64,000 nucleotides of DNA, taken from Eukaryota sp. GEM-RC1. Taxonomy: Eukaryota. The notes below the pieces were generated by a model. It was given only the letters and a program-made list of their open reading frames with translations, was not told the DNA's origin and searched no databases. Within the stretch, counting starts at the first letter, position 1. Every line of letters begins with the position of its first letter. The stretch covers positions 868,001 to 932,000 of the forward strand of contig JAUFOQ010000001.1 in the NCBI GenBank assembly GCA_040285855.1, in the 5' to 3' direction. Below are positions 48,756 to 61,626 of this stretch, one piece after another. The translations under genes and the position numbers were made by a program.

Positions 48756-50263
48756 ATGTCATTCTCCATTCCCCCAGCAGAAACTCTTTCCATCATTCTC
48801 GATGAAGCCTCCCTATGTAACCAAACCATTTCATTCGGCGGGGAATCCATCGAAGTAAACAAATCTGTCCTTGCTGCCCATTCCACGTACTTCCGATCCC
48901 TCTGGTTCTTAGAGTTTGGGGATAAACTCGAGAACCCCATTGACTTCTTCCATCTTCCCGTCGATTCCGACAACTTCTACGCTTTCCTCAAGTCCTTCTT
49001 CGGCAAATCATTCACCCTTGATGAGAGCAACGCATACAACTTCTTCTACCTCGCCCACTACTTCCAAGTGGACAAACTCATTCACCACGTTGAAAACCAC
49101 CTAAAAACTCATCTCTCAACCTGGATTTGGTTAAAACCATTCATTAAAGAAGCAGATGAAAGAAATGACTTGAGAGCTCTGGAATTCGTTGGTCCTTTCT
49201 TTTCCAAGAGTGATGACCTATTGATTGATGACGTGATGGCAATCACTACTGAAGGGTTTAAAACGCTTGTTAAATACTGCACTTCCACTCAATCACTGTC
49301 ATGGTTCATCAAATCAATGGTGGAATCAATTTTGAATCAACGTTTCGATTTGAATGAGTTTTTAAATATCCTAAATTCTTGTACAATTGAAGCCTTTTCT
49401 TTTCAAAAATGGGATGAGTTTCTGTTTGTTCCTTTAAAAGATGTTAAAGAATTGGAAGCCGATTTGATGAAGTTTTTGTTTACAAGAGTTAAGAATCTTT
49501 ATTTTGACTCATTGGTGAAGGAAAATTCTGAATTCAACTCACTTACTACTGATTTAACAACGAAAGTTCATGCTTTAACTCAAGAAGTTCATGATTCAAA
49601 CACTGAAAATTCCCATGTGAAAACAACTATTTCTGATTTATCCACGCAGATTTCTAGTTTAACAACTGATATTCAGAATTTAACTACCACAAAGTCTAAC
49701 GAAATAACTAAACTACAACAAGAAATTGAACAACTAAAAAAGACACCTACAGAAACTCAACTGGTGTCTCATTCAGTTCCTCAATCAAAAATGATTAGGT
49801 TCTCCCAAACAAGGAAACATTCTCAATTACAAGTTAGTGTGGATAGAAAGAGAGTTGTTGTTGGAAGTGGTAGTAGTGGTAGAAATATCTTGGGAGAAGA
49901 TCCACTTCTTCCAGGTAATGTGTATAATTGGAAGTTGAGGTACCAGGGGACTACTAGTTGTCTTTATGTTGGAGTCATTGACGAGTCAAAGTTTAATGAT
50001 GCTGGTCATCCCGGTAATTTAACACGCACTACTATTCCATCGACGGTCACTTTCGCGGTTGTCTCTCAGGAAACAAGTCCAAGTGCAATCCTGGTGAATT
50101 ACTCGAACTCAGTGTAAATCTAATCAATTACACTTTAACAATCAAATCCGTCAGTAATTCTTCGATTAATCTTACTGGAACTCTTCCCAGATTAAGTAGT
50201 GGTAACTATTATCCATATGCTTTCTTGTATTATAGCAATCATGTACTTGAAATTATTCAATAA
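48756..50263 (+). CDS. BTB/POZ - coiled coil - SPRY-like protein, copy C (1-nt deficit in a T run at ~50018-50020)
   Basis: ATG at 48756 (MSFSIPPAETL); BTB motif; adding one T gives GNFNTHYYSIDGHFRGCLSGNKSKCNPGELLELSV...YYPYAFLYYSNHVLEIIQ*. Confidence 0.85.
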
Positions 50264-51919
50264 AGTTGATTACATCGTCACTGTGGGTAAGTCTCTTCAT
50301 TTACAGCAGTGATTCAACTTACTAACTGTAATGTGAAGCTAATTAGAGGAGAAAACAGTACTTACTTGCAAATTGACGACCATCTGTTTTTGATTGACAA
50401 ATTGTTACAGTCTTAAAACCAAATCATAGCCTGATTTTTCATTGTAGAACTCATTTATTTGTATAAACATAAACATTGCTTATATTTTTTTAAACCTTTC
50501 TGGATATTTATAAACAATCCAAGTTTTAGTTTTGTCTTTATTCTCTCGTGATATTTTCTACATCTACCTTGTCAGTTTCACTGTGTTGTAGATATGCTTA
50601 GATATGCTCTAATATAATCACTGTCAAATACACCTTGATTTCGTCCTTTTGTTTTAGCCTGCCTCTTTCTACTAACTTATACCACAGTGCTACAATTGCT
50701 ATAACATCGTCGAAGTTGAAATTCACTTCATGCACGATGGTTTGCTCGCATTCGTTATGTAAGTGTATTAAAAGTTGCACTTCAAGATACATGTAGTGTC
50801 AGTACCAAATTTGTCTCCCTGAGACTAGGTTTGTCTCACTCCTATTTTGCGAGACCAAATTTGTACTATCATTTCAAGATACAATAACTATATTTCTAGG
50901 TAAACAGTTCATAGATATACAAACATAAAACGGCTGAAATTGTCATATTAATGGTATCTAAATCTGATTACTCAAGTCTATTTCAACACTTCAAGTAGTT
51001 TACACAACTAGTCTCAGTATGAATGAGTCTCATTGAGATTTGGTGGGATTTATATTGGATTGATGGAAAGTTCAAGAGTAAAGTATTAGTCTCAATGAAA
51101 CTAAATGCTTTTTTGAAGTGTAAATACTATTTTACTAATTGTAGTTTTATAGTGTGTAAAGTGGTACATTAGAAGGATTATTTAGTCACAATTCATTTTT
51201 AACTTGACTTACGTCCGACTCAATGAGCGATATTGAACAGATAAACTGACTAAAGTTTGCGAACATAACTAGACTACAAACAGTTGACCTGTACAATTGC
51301 TATATTTCATATTGCTGTTATAGAAACTTGAACGAGTTCTCCGATTAGCATATATTAAGTGCACTCAAACTCTACATTTATTGTTTCCAAATCTATAATC
51401 AACTGATTTATTGAAGCACATCCTTATGTGACAAATGGAAATTGGAAAGCTACTACAACAACAGGTATAATTAACAAAATTGGTGACTACATGATAAAAC
51501 AACTTTATTTTAAAAAACGGGTAAGAATTGATATTCTCTTATGTTGATCAAGCTACTTTTTGATGTAAAGTTCTAGTTTGTATACAATCAAAAATGTTTA
51601 CTTTATTATCATGACACAATCGAAAAAAATACATTTATACCTTTTCTCATCAAATTTAAACTACAGTGTGATCCATAAACTGACACTCTCTTACAAAACA
51701 ATATACAATATATAATTGTTCTTGATCAGCGGAGAAGTAGAATAGTACCAGTACTGTCTGACAAAAATAACACAAACCATTTTCAATGGTAATTATATCA
51801 CGAAAAAATCAAGATCAGTCACTGATTTGTATACAGAACGGAATTAAAATAACGAAATAATATCCTCAGATCTTGGATTTTTCTGCCCCCGACATTCAAC
51901 ACGGTTCATAGGACAATTT

Positions 51920-52400
51920 GATTTCAAACTATTCGAAAGCGAAGATAAATCGTCGTGTTCCATCTAATTTGCCTAACAAACAGTCTTCTGGGAGAAATCA
52001 GTAAAATGAGGAGAACCTTGAATGTTTGAATTAGATTTAACAATCCAAGAAGCAAATTTACACTTCCAGTAGGACCTGTTAAACTTCTTGCCAAATTCTG
52101 AACACAAATTTTCAAGTAAATTTAGAACATCCTTGGTAGAAGAACCGAAATTCGCCTACATGTACAAACAAACTGCAAAAGACTGAAACACGATATTGTT
52201 GTGTCTTCGTCAATTCAATGCAGCAACTTGATGTACGTATTAGACACTTTAGCGTTCTCAGCGTCTTTCAGTGGATCAGTTGAAGTATTCAAAATATTAG
52301 CAATAGCTGAAGCTTTGCAAGGATCAACGGTCGTAAAATCAACAACAGTTTCTTGGCATAACAACCAAGGGTCAACAAAATCACCAACGAAATCACCGGT
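51920..52400 (-). mobile_element. Degenerate CRE-like RLE fragment
   Basis: Minus strand gives GDFVDPWLLCQETVVDFTTVDPC...PLKDAENAKVSNT...WNTTIY, matching the RLE region. Confidence 0.75.
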
Positions 52401-52724
52401 TTGGAAAACCGTCTCTCTTATTCAAGTTACAAAACTCTTAAAAAAAATATACTCTGATCTTGATACATTTGTGTTTTTAACGATTTCTTGAAGATAAATG
52501 GTTAACTTATATTCATGCCAAACTCTAGTATCATCTCTAAATGATTCTTTAAAGATGCTCTTAAAGAGCCTTATAGCTTCGAATTTGTATTTTTGTTGCA
52601 TCTTTATCGTTAAGAACAACAAAAATTGTATATATGAGGTCAAAATTGAAACTCTCATATCGGAATTAGTCTCACTGAGACTATGTTCTAGTGAGAGTAA
52701 TTTGTTAGTGAGACTAATTGCCTA

Positions 52725-55700
52725 CAGGTCAACATTGAAAGGAACATTGAAAGAAGTGTTTATTATTGGTGAAAGAGAAATCCATAGGACTCAGTGACAC
52801 GTCATCGGCAGTCAAGATATCTACTTGGTATTCACTAACAGTAACTTCAAACTAAAAGGCAATAATCTTACTATCTACTGGTACTGAGAGGAGAGCTCTT
52901 ACAAACTCAATATCATTCAACTGGAAGAAAGAGAAACACTGATCATTGGTGGAAGAGACCGTACTAAAACAACAAACACTTGATGACGTTGTGGGTGACT
53001 CTTTCAATCTTTGAAACAAGTTTCTCTCACTATGACAACTCTCTTTTCAAAGTAGCGTGATTCCCAAACTGTCCGCTTAGTTTGAACTACATTAAGCTAG
53101 TGATGTCTGTATTTCCTCCCGATAATTCTCTCCCTCAGTCTTTGCTTCTCTTCCTTTGTCATGATCAACTTCTCCACTACGATCTTCACCTCTATTACCC
53201 GCCATTAACGTCACGAGTTCGTCCCCTCTCTCAATCATTTGTCCTTTGATCTCGTCATGATCTCTATTATGTCGTCATTGCCTTTTTGTTTCAGCTCTCA
53301 TGTTACCTAAGGATGCTCCTCCGTACATCTTTTCTTCTTCTCTTTCTGTCATCTTGTACTATCATTCACTCTTCCCTTTGTGTGTCTATCCTTACTATTC
53401 CAACCTTTCCTTCTAGAAAGCTTTAGTCTAACTGGATTAGTAGTTTAGTCTTCAATGTTTTCTTCCCCGTAACCTAACTCTGATACACTATCTTATTCGT
53501 TCTCATTGCTTACGTCCTCCTACAAGTACTTACGTTTTGAGTAGTATTTATTGCTCTTGATCACTCTCCACGTACAAAATGTAATTTAAAGTCCTCTCCC
53601 TGCAGATATTCGTCTTGCTCTCCGTTATTTCAAATAAATAACTTATTTGAAGCAAGATTCGCCCTCATTGTTAACAAAGTTGTGACCCCTCGGTTTTTTT
53701 GAATCTGATTATCAATCAGCCAACGTGTTTCTTCAATCAAACACGTTTCTTTCAAATTTGAAGGACCTAAATGGAATGTTTGGAGTCTTACCACCTGAAG
53801 TATTTCAACATTGCACACAATAATTGATCAAGTTTCTAGTGGACACGTGTCGTAGATAGTTACTTGAAAAAATTTACAGTGCAAATCAAAACAACCAAAA
53901 TACGAATGTTTAAATTTCATTATATCCAGTTCAGATGGCTAATTCCACGTGTATTTGTAGCTACCACAAAGTCAACATCTCAGGATCATTTTCTGATTGG
54001 AAAACTGTTGATGTATTAGAGTTAACTGTTGACGTGATGAATAATGATTTCCTTGAACAAGTAAATCATTTTTGGGTATATTACTTAAACAGTTCTGGTA
54101 TTTAATTTCACTTGGTGGAGGAAGAAATTTCCATCACTTTTAATGTTTTTCAAAACTTTCGAGTAGGTTCTTTCGTAACCATATTAATCGTTTTATATTT
54201 CAAACATTTATTTTTTTTCTAAAAATGACCAATTTGTATTTCTTTACAGTGTTTCGTTTACTGCATTCTCTTACTGTTGCGATGGGTAGATTTGAATCAC
54301 GGATCTTGTGATTCATCGAAACAGTGGAGAGTAAACGAATAGCTTGATCGACGGACTTGACTCGAGTAAGGTCGAGGAGGAATTCCCAGAGTTGGGGTTG
54401 AGAATCAAGAGAAGAATGAGAAATAAGTCTAATGGAATTCATCACATCTCTAGAAATGTGCAGATGGAAGTCAGTTGGAGGAAGAGGGTCGTCGTCAGGG
54501 TGGTGAGGAGTAGTGTGGGTTGTTTCATCCTCTGCTTCATCCTCAATAGCAGGTTCAGTGCCTAAAACTTAGGCAGCGGCAGTGAGTTGTTCTCTAAGTT
54601 CGGGGGAAAGGTTCAACCGGAGCAGGGCTTCAAGGGAGCTTACGGCAGGTTCTTCAGCGGGAGGAGTTACCTCGGCTGGAATATCAAATAAATAGCTGTT
54701 GAGGATCTCGTAGAAACCAACCAACAACTTAGGAGCATAATCAGCACCGTCTTCATGTTTTCCAAAGAAGCTTGGAGAGATATTTTGAGTTTCCCACAAA
54801 AAATAAAACAACAATGGTACATAAGCCCAACTATCCAGTCAAAAGAAGGAAGAACTCTGTATATTTATCATTATCAAGATCATCTTTGGCAACAGCTTAT
54901 GCAGCTAGATCATCGATCCAGGCAAAGATCTTTTTGGTTTCTAGGCTTTGATACCTATAGTCTATAAAATAAAGGACGGTACCTTGTTTATGAGACTAAA
55001 ATAGGCTTGATGTAAAAAGGTAAAACTATAGCTAAGAAGGACGTGTTAACACGTGGCATTAACAGCTTCTCAGGACGGGGATTTGGGTACGTATACCTCT
55101 TCTTCCCAGGGCGGAATTTATAATGGTTCAGCTGCGGTCCGAGTAATCATCTTCTTCAAAGTATTCGTCAGCGAAGAAGTCTCTGGGCGAAGAGACATGA
55201 CAGCGGCGGCATTCACTAAGCGGCGGCTGGGTTCGGATTGAGTGGATGGATGGCTTCCATCATCAATAGAGGTGACAAGGGTATGGTCACAATTATAATT
55301 GTTGACTTTACCTCTGTTGGAACTAGTATTAAGATGTTTTGTTAACATATAGTTTATGGGGGAAGGTAAAAGTAAATTCTAGATATAAATAAAGCTAATA
55401 AATCAACACAGGTCAACATTGATAAGAACATTGAAAGAAGTGTTTATTGTTCGTGAAAAGAAATCCTTAGGACTCAGTGACACGTCATCAGAAGTGAACA
55501 TATCTACTAGGTATTCTTTAACTCAAAACTCCATCTTGAACTATCATTCACTCTTCCCTTCTAGAACTGATCACGTGATCAAGCTTCTTCTCAAGGAGTT
55601 TGTCCACACTTAGCATTGAAATGGTTGCTTTAGTCTTACTGGATCATGCGTTTAGTTTCCGCCTCTTCTAGTATCTTCCCCCAACATCTTACTCTGATAC

Positions 55701-56510
55701 ACTATTTGCTTACGTTTCCCATTCAAGTTGTGATTGTTTTCAGCGGTCTTTATTGTTCTTTATCAATCTTCACTTGCTTGTATTTTTAAGTGAATCAATC
55801 TCAAAGTAAGACATCCATTTTACTTTCCATCATTTGAAGCAAGTATTGTCATCATCTTTGAAAATAGTTGGTTGTGTGAGCCGTCGTTTCTTTGAATATG
55901 CTCATCAGAAGCAAATTTTCTTCAATCAAACACGTTTTCTCTGTACATGTCGACCTTCAATCAATGAAGACTTTTTTGTATGTTCGGAATTGGAAGGTGC
56001 TTTGAATTCGGTCAAAGATGAAGGGTTCAAATGGAATATTCGGAGTTAGTTGTCACTGTCACCCATCTGAAGTATTTCAAAATTGCACACAATCTTTGAT
56101 CACGTTTTCTGTGAATACGTGTCGTAGACAATTTCTCGAAAAAAATGACTGAAAGTCAAAACAACCAAAGTACGAATGTTATATATATTTCATTATATCC
56201 AGCTTAGGTGGCTAATTCCACGTGTATTTGTAGCGACCACAAAGCCAACATCTCAGGAACATGTTCTGATTGGAAAACTGTTCATGTATTAGAGTTAATT
56301 GTTGACGTGATGAATAATGATTTCCTTGAACAAGTAAATCATTTTTGGGTGTATTACTTAAACCGTTCTAGTTTTTAATTTAACTTGGTGGTAGAAGTAA
56401 TTTCCCCCACTTTTAATCTTTTCCAAAGTTTTGAGCTGGTTCGCCCAGAACCATATTCATTCTTTTTTCACACATTACCAATTTTTGTTTCTTTACAGTG
56501 TTTCGTTTAC
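52725..56510. repeat. Segmental duplication (52725-54280 vs 55410-56510) of unclassified repeats, separated by probable LTR-retrotransposon debris (~54290-55370)
   Basis: Shared blocks ACATTGAAAGAAGTGTTTATT, GGACTCAGTGACACGTCATC and GTTGACGTGATGAATAATGATTTCCTTGAACAAGTAAATCATTTTTGGGT; the interior contains IFAWIDDL (RT-like, minus strand). Confidence 0.75.
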
Positions 56511-56604
56511 TACATTCAACTCGAATGGGGTGAATCCTGCAAATTGTAAGTGAAGATTGTCGATATGTTTTGGTTCTTTGAAGCATTACTATATCTAGAG
56601 TTAG

Positions 56605-58372
56605 TTAGAACAAATATGCATACCTTCCGTCAACGTCCATCTGGCGACCATTGAGCCATGTATTCCAGTGGGTGATGGACGCAGATCCAATGACTGCTGG
56701 TTCATCTGCTAATGCAACGTCGAAAATTCCGTCACTCCATTTTTCGAATTTTCCACTTTTAGGGCAACTGTAGGTCTTCAATCCAACTTCTCTGAGCAAC
56801 TAATAGTCAAATCGAACCTGATGATGAGAAAAATTCTTTGGGAAAAGTACAATTCACATCTCTTTCAGTATTACAAATCTAGAAAATTCTTTGCGGTTCT
56901 TGCCAACATGAACTCTGCGGAGTACAGTGTACGCTTTACCTTCATCAGAAGTCAAATCATTTTAAGTTGTTTTACGAAAATCATCATGCATTTTTTGGAT
57001 GAGACTGCGGTTCTTAGCTTTTCCTCGCTCAGAAGCATCATACCTGGCCTTACCAGCTATACTGGCTGGACTGTCGAAATGGCACCATTCCCCATCAATG
57101 GAACACTTTGATACCATATCACCATTTCGACGATCATTTAATTTGATATAGCTGTCTCCTAGATTAATTAATTTTCGCTCAAAGACGAACATACAAGCCA
57201 TTTTAGATTTTCTAGGTAAATCCCCAAAAGATAATGATGATCATAAGAGGTCATCATTGCAGTTATTATATAGCCAGGGACTGTCAAAAATATATTGCAC
57301 TTTTGCAATAATTGCAATATTGTGTATTGTGTATTGCAATACTGTATTGCAGCCTCATTTTGTATCGCAATATATTGCAATAATTTCAATTTTGAACAAT
57401 ATTTTTAGACCAATGTTTTTCTGTTACTTGAGACTTCTTTAGCAACATAATACACCAGTGTTATTTTTTTGTGTACAATTGAAAGTCTATACTACAAGTA
57501 AGTAGTATCTGTCAGATCTGACTAACAAATGTAAACTAATATCATTCTCCACATCATCTTACATGACGTGTCATTCTAGTCCCGTTCGAAAACAGATGGT
57601 AAAAGCCTACTATTCAACTATCTCCCGGAACTCAACTCCATCAATGTAATTCTGTGATAGTAAATGACGTGAGTAGTGATGATGATGAAGTTGAAGAAAT
57701 TGCTGAACGTCCTGGACCTGTTTCCTCTGTTTAAAGATGTCTTAACTCGAATAAAAAAATCAATTAAATTTCTTTCCAGAAACATATAAATGTTGCAAAA
57801 CGACTTTTCAGTAGAACTCGAATGGCGCAAGTGTTGTCAAAACACTACTTATCTAATCGGAATTTTGCCAATCAACTATGTCTCTTTGTAACTAGAGAGT
57901 ATTAGGACATTAGATTGGTTCACAAGACGGGAATCAGAAACTGCTCAAATTAGATATCACTTAATGATGTTCTTATGGTTTATCAGTGGAATTTAGACAA
58001 TAAATACTCTCGTCAACAATATTTATATTGCTACCAATTATTGCAATAAATTGCAGTATTGCAATACTGTATTGCAAATCATTTTGGCCCTGCAATATAT
58101 TGCAATATATTTTTGACAGTCCCTGTATATAGCTTGTAGTTTTCTTCTGGATCCGTAGTCACTGGACTGGCCTTGGTATAAGTTGTGGTGGCATGACTTA
58201 GTGCATCGTAAAGTAGAACATCAATCAATTCCGTAGTCCAAACTGAATACGAATAAACCATACCTTCATCATCGCGAGGGCGTCCAGGAACACAGATCAG
58301 AAGTTTAGCTAAATTGGCCAATGAGGGGTCACCTTGGAAAATCTGAGAGAAGTATCTCAGAATCCCAACCAA
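56605..58372 (-). pseudogene. Decayed gene of unknown family, split by the 57275 hAT element
   Basis: ORF pieces 58126-58372, 56962-57274 and 56605-56799 can be read as one stop-interrupted coding sequence once the insertion is removed. Confidence 0.45.
57275..58125. mobile_element. Non-autonomous hAT element (851 bp)
   Basis: 25-bp TIR CAGGGACTGTCAAAAATATATTGCA...TGCAATATATTTTTGACAGTCCCTG; exact TSD TATATAGC at 57267-57274 and 58126-58133. Confidence 0.95.
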
Positions 58373-58703
58373 GTCATCAATACATGGTTAAATGCAGGAA
58401 ATTTGACATTTATTGATCATCTGGTGTTTGTACTAGTAGTGAATACAGTGTATTTTACTGAAATTTGTATCTGAAATGAAATGCATTTCTTCCGTACCTT
58501 CATGTGATGTGGTTTTGTGAGAGATGTGTGATAAATAGTATTCCTTTGGTGTTATGATTGTGTGATGTGATTCATTTGGGTTTCAGTGACCAATATTCCT
58601 GAAAAAATGATTCCATGCCTTATTCCGGAAAAACTTTAAATTAAAATTACATATAAAATCTAACGATTACACAATAAATAAATGAGTTATGTTCATAAAC
58701 AGT

Positions 58704-58800
58704 TACAGTCTACCCTCCCATTAAGGTCACTCTCCCATTAAGGTTTCCATCCCATTAAGGTAAAATTTTCCCTGTCCACTTTTTGTCGTGTCCTTTTCGA
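58704..58800 (+). mobile_element. Probable Tc1/pogo-like terminus
   Basis: TA-CAGTC start followed by three CCCATTAAGG repeats (58717, 58734, 58751); no partner end found. Confidence 0.45.
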
Positions 58801-58836
58801 TTCCCGTGTTCTTGTCATTACACTACAGTTCTTAAT

Positions 58837-59536
58837 TAGGCTGTTAAAAAGTTAAGATAAGATCATCGGAACTCGGGTCAGGTCATGTCTCGGGTCAGGC
58901 TAAGATACCTCATATCAGATCTCGGGTCAGGTCAAGATATCTTCCATCGGGTCTTCGATGTTCATTGATTATGTTCTTTAATTCAAAATCACTCATAAAC
59001 TAGTACAAAACTATTATTGTTTAATAAGCTGTGAGTTTAGACGATTAATAATATAACACAAAAACGAACAACTTTACACTCACAACCGTTGTACAATGTC
59101 AAACTTATCCTCTTCAGAGGATGAATGTACTCAACTTCCATCAGATACTGATGTTGAAGAACTTCCCACTGACCAAATACTCATCTTACCATCAACTCCT
59201 AGAAGCGATCTTGAATTACTTTCCCCCGAAACTCCTTCTGCAAACTCTTCTGCGAAATCAGATGTCTCGCCCTACTGCGAAGATACTAAGTGGAAAGTCA
59301 ACACTGCTGAAAAGCGATGGCGTAATCCCACCTCTACAAGGACTATACGTCTCCATTTACTAAGCTGCCATTCTAACTATCATACAAAAGTGGAAAAATC
59401 AGGATTAGACCTCAATCTTAAACCCAAAGAATTATCTGCTGAACGAAAACTGAACGTGATAATAGGCTATATTCTCGACACTAAACAACCTCTTTGTATT
59501 GTTGATAAAGCTTCTTTTAAAATAATAATCATCTAA
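58837..59536 (+). mobile_element. Left end of a hAT-like element with an N-terminal (BED-like) transposase ORF 59096-59536
   Basis: TAGG start, CTCGGGTCAGG subterminal repeats (58872-58931), TSTRTIRLHLLSCH and IIGYILDTKQPLCIVDKASFK. Confidence 0.65.
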
Positions 59537-59539
59537 AGC

Positions 59540-60240
59540 TAAATCAGTTGATTGATTTAGTCCACGGCCTTCATTACTACCATCGGTACGGAAAGAGAAA
59601 CCTTTATCGCTAGCCCACTTTTGCAGAGAGTTAACAGCATCTTCATGACAATCAAAAGTCATCAAAATATTAGGAACTGGTGTTGTTGGATTGATTGTAG
59701 GGTCCTCTGCATTTATGAATAGTAAAGAGATATAATTGGGGGGAAGTGAAAAAGAAGTTGTCAAGATTTTAGTCAATTCTGTCAAGATTACAGCAAAAGT
59801 GATTACAGAAGGAACTTTTTTTGTAGGAAAACTCCAAAAACCACAATCAACAAAACCAATTCCACAACCAAAAAACAAATATAACAGAAAACACATCTAG
59901 ATTTCTTATCATGAAAATCGACTTAAAACGATTGAATTTGAAAAAAAAACGAAAAGATACTGGTACTACAAGATCACATGAGTTTTGCGTCTAAGATGGA
60001 GCTCCAAGTTCTGTGGATGATGTGAGAATTCACTCAGTTGTAGACGGAAAGTGTTCAAGACGAACTAGGACTACCTATTCCTAAACCACGAACAGGGGAG
60101 ACCACAAGTCGTTCGGAAAAGACGGAAAAACGATCCTAAGTAACCACTGGCCAACGTAAGTACAAGTGTAAGATATGTAAAATTGAAGGTCATAACTCGA
60201 GAGGTTGCCCCTATAGAAATGTTCAGCATAAGTTATGAGT
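59540..60240. mobile_element. MULE fragments: FAR1-like N-terminus (minus strand) and CCHC knuckle C-terminus (plus strand)
   Basis: MTFDCHEDAVNSLQKWASDKGFSFR on minus; GRP...KYKCKICKIEGHNSRGCP at ~60100-60212 on plus. Confidence 0.65.
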
Positions 60241-61626
60241 TTGTGTTTGGTTGAAATAAAGACCTTTAGAATGTAGCTTATTATAGAAAGGATGCTCAAT
60301 GATGCACTGCTCTTGTAAGAGTGAAGTGGAAACAAAAAGATAGAAGAAATCAAGCCATGTAGATAAATAAGTCATAGATGTAGAAGATGAGTCTCACCAA
60401 ATCTCCCATTAATGATCTATGGTTGGAATGTGGATTCTGTTTTCGAACCTGTATCAGTGTGGAATTTAAATATCTTTTGGGAAATGTGTGTGGATTTTGT
60501 TAGAATTTTGAGAAAAATGTGGAAAATGAATTTATCCCTTTTTGTATCTCTTTTTTTCACTCTTACGTTCACTGAAGGATTTTGTTTGTCTCTTGCCCTT
60601 GGTTATAGTGACGTGACACGTACAATTTCTGAACTTTCTTTCTTTGCTGAACACTTTTCTGCTCCATGACTTTGAAAGCGAAAAGCATTCCGGCTACACA
60701 ACTTTCGTCCCAGCTGAAAGAATCTGGGGAATCCCTAGATTCCGTTGTTGTCAAGCACCCCAGGACAAGTACAAATCTTATGCTGCTTGGCTTCAGTGGC
60801 TTGTTATGGACCTAGACCCTTTAAACTTTGTGAACGTGCAACGGTGAAGAGTCAAATTAACAACTTTTAAGTAACACAATAGTTCAAAAATCAAGAAATT
60901 CTACTTCTTTGTATCGACGATGAGTGTTCAGAAAACATGATCATGTTAACAAACCGGAAAAGTTGTGATCATTTTAATTTGTTTTAGAAGACGCAATAAA
61001 TCGTTGAAGAATTTTTTAAGGATAATTGAGGAACTTACTTTCTCAATTTAATAGAAACTAACGAAAACCTAAGAACCGAAATGCATTCAAATTTCACTAA
61101 AAAATTTCGTACATAACATTTTAAAAAAACTAATCATCTCAAGAAACTCATAATGTGGCCCATTTCTTGCAATTTAAAAATTCAAAAATTTTTAAACATT
61201 GTTGTACACCACAGCTAGATTGACTATAGTTGTTATACTTTTGCATTGTTCTAACAATAATCAATAGTTCATCCTGACCACTCTTAAAAGAAAATGGATG
61301 TTGATGAAGAATCACGTCATCAAATATTGGATGATTATACTAAGAACAGACTAACAGACAGTTAAGAGCAAGAGAATGTTTGAACTCTTAAAAGAAGAAC
61401 AATGAAGATCACAGTTGTTAGAAGATTAACATCAAGCAACATCCGCAGGTTCAGAACAATCAGCAAAGTAAGAGAACTAACATTTATCAAGTATCTGTAG
61501 AGAACAAAGACGAGACAAGACAACAAAAAACGAGATGATCAAGGTCGGACCATGAGAAGAAAGAAGTTCATCATGAATGCTTGATATGATATGAATGGTG
61601 TCATTGCTGAAGATTTTTGCTCAAAA

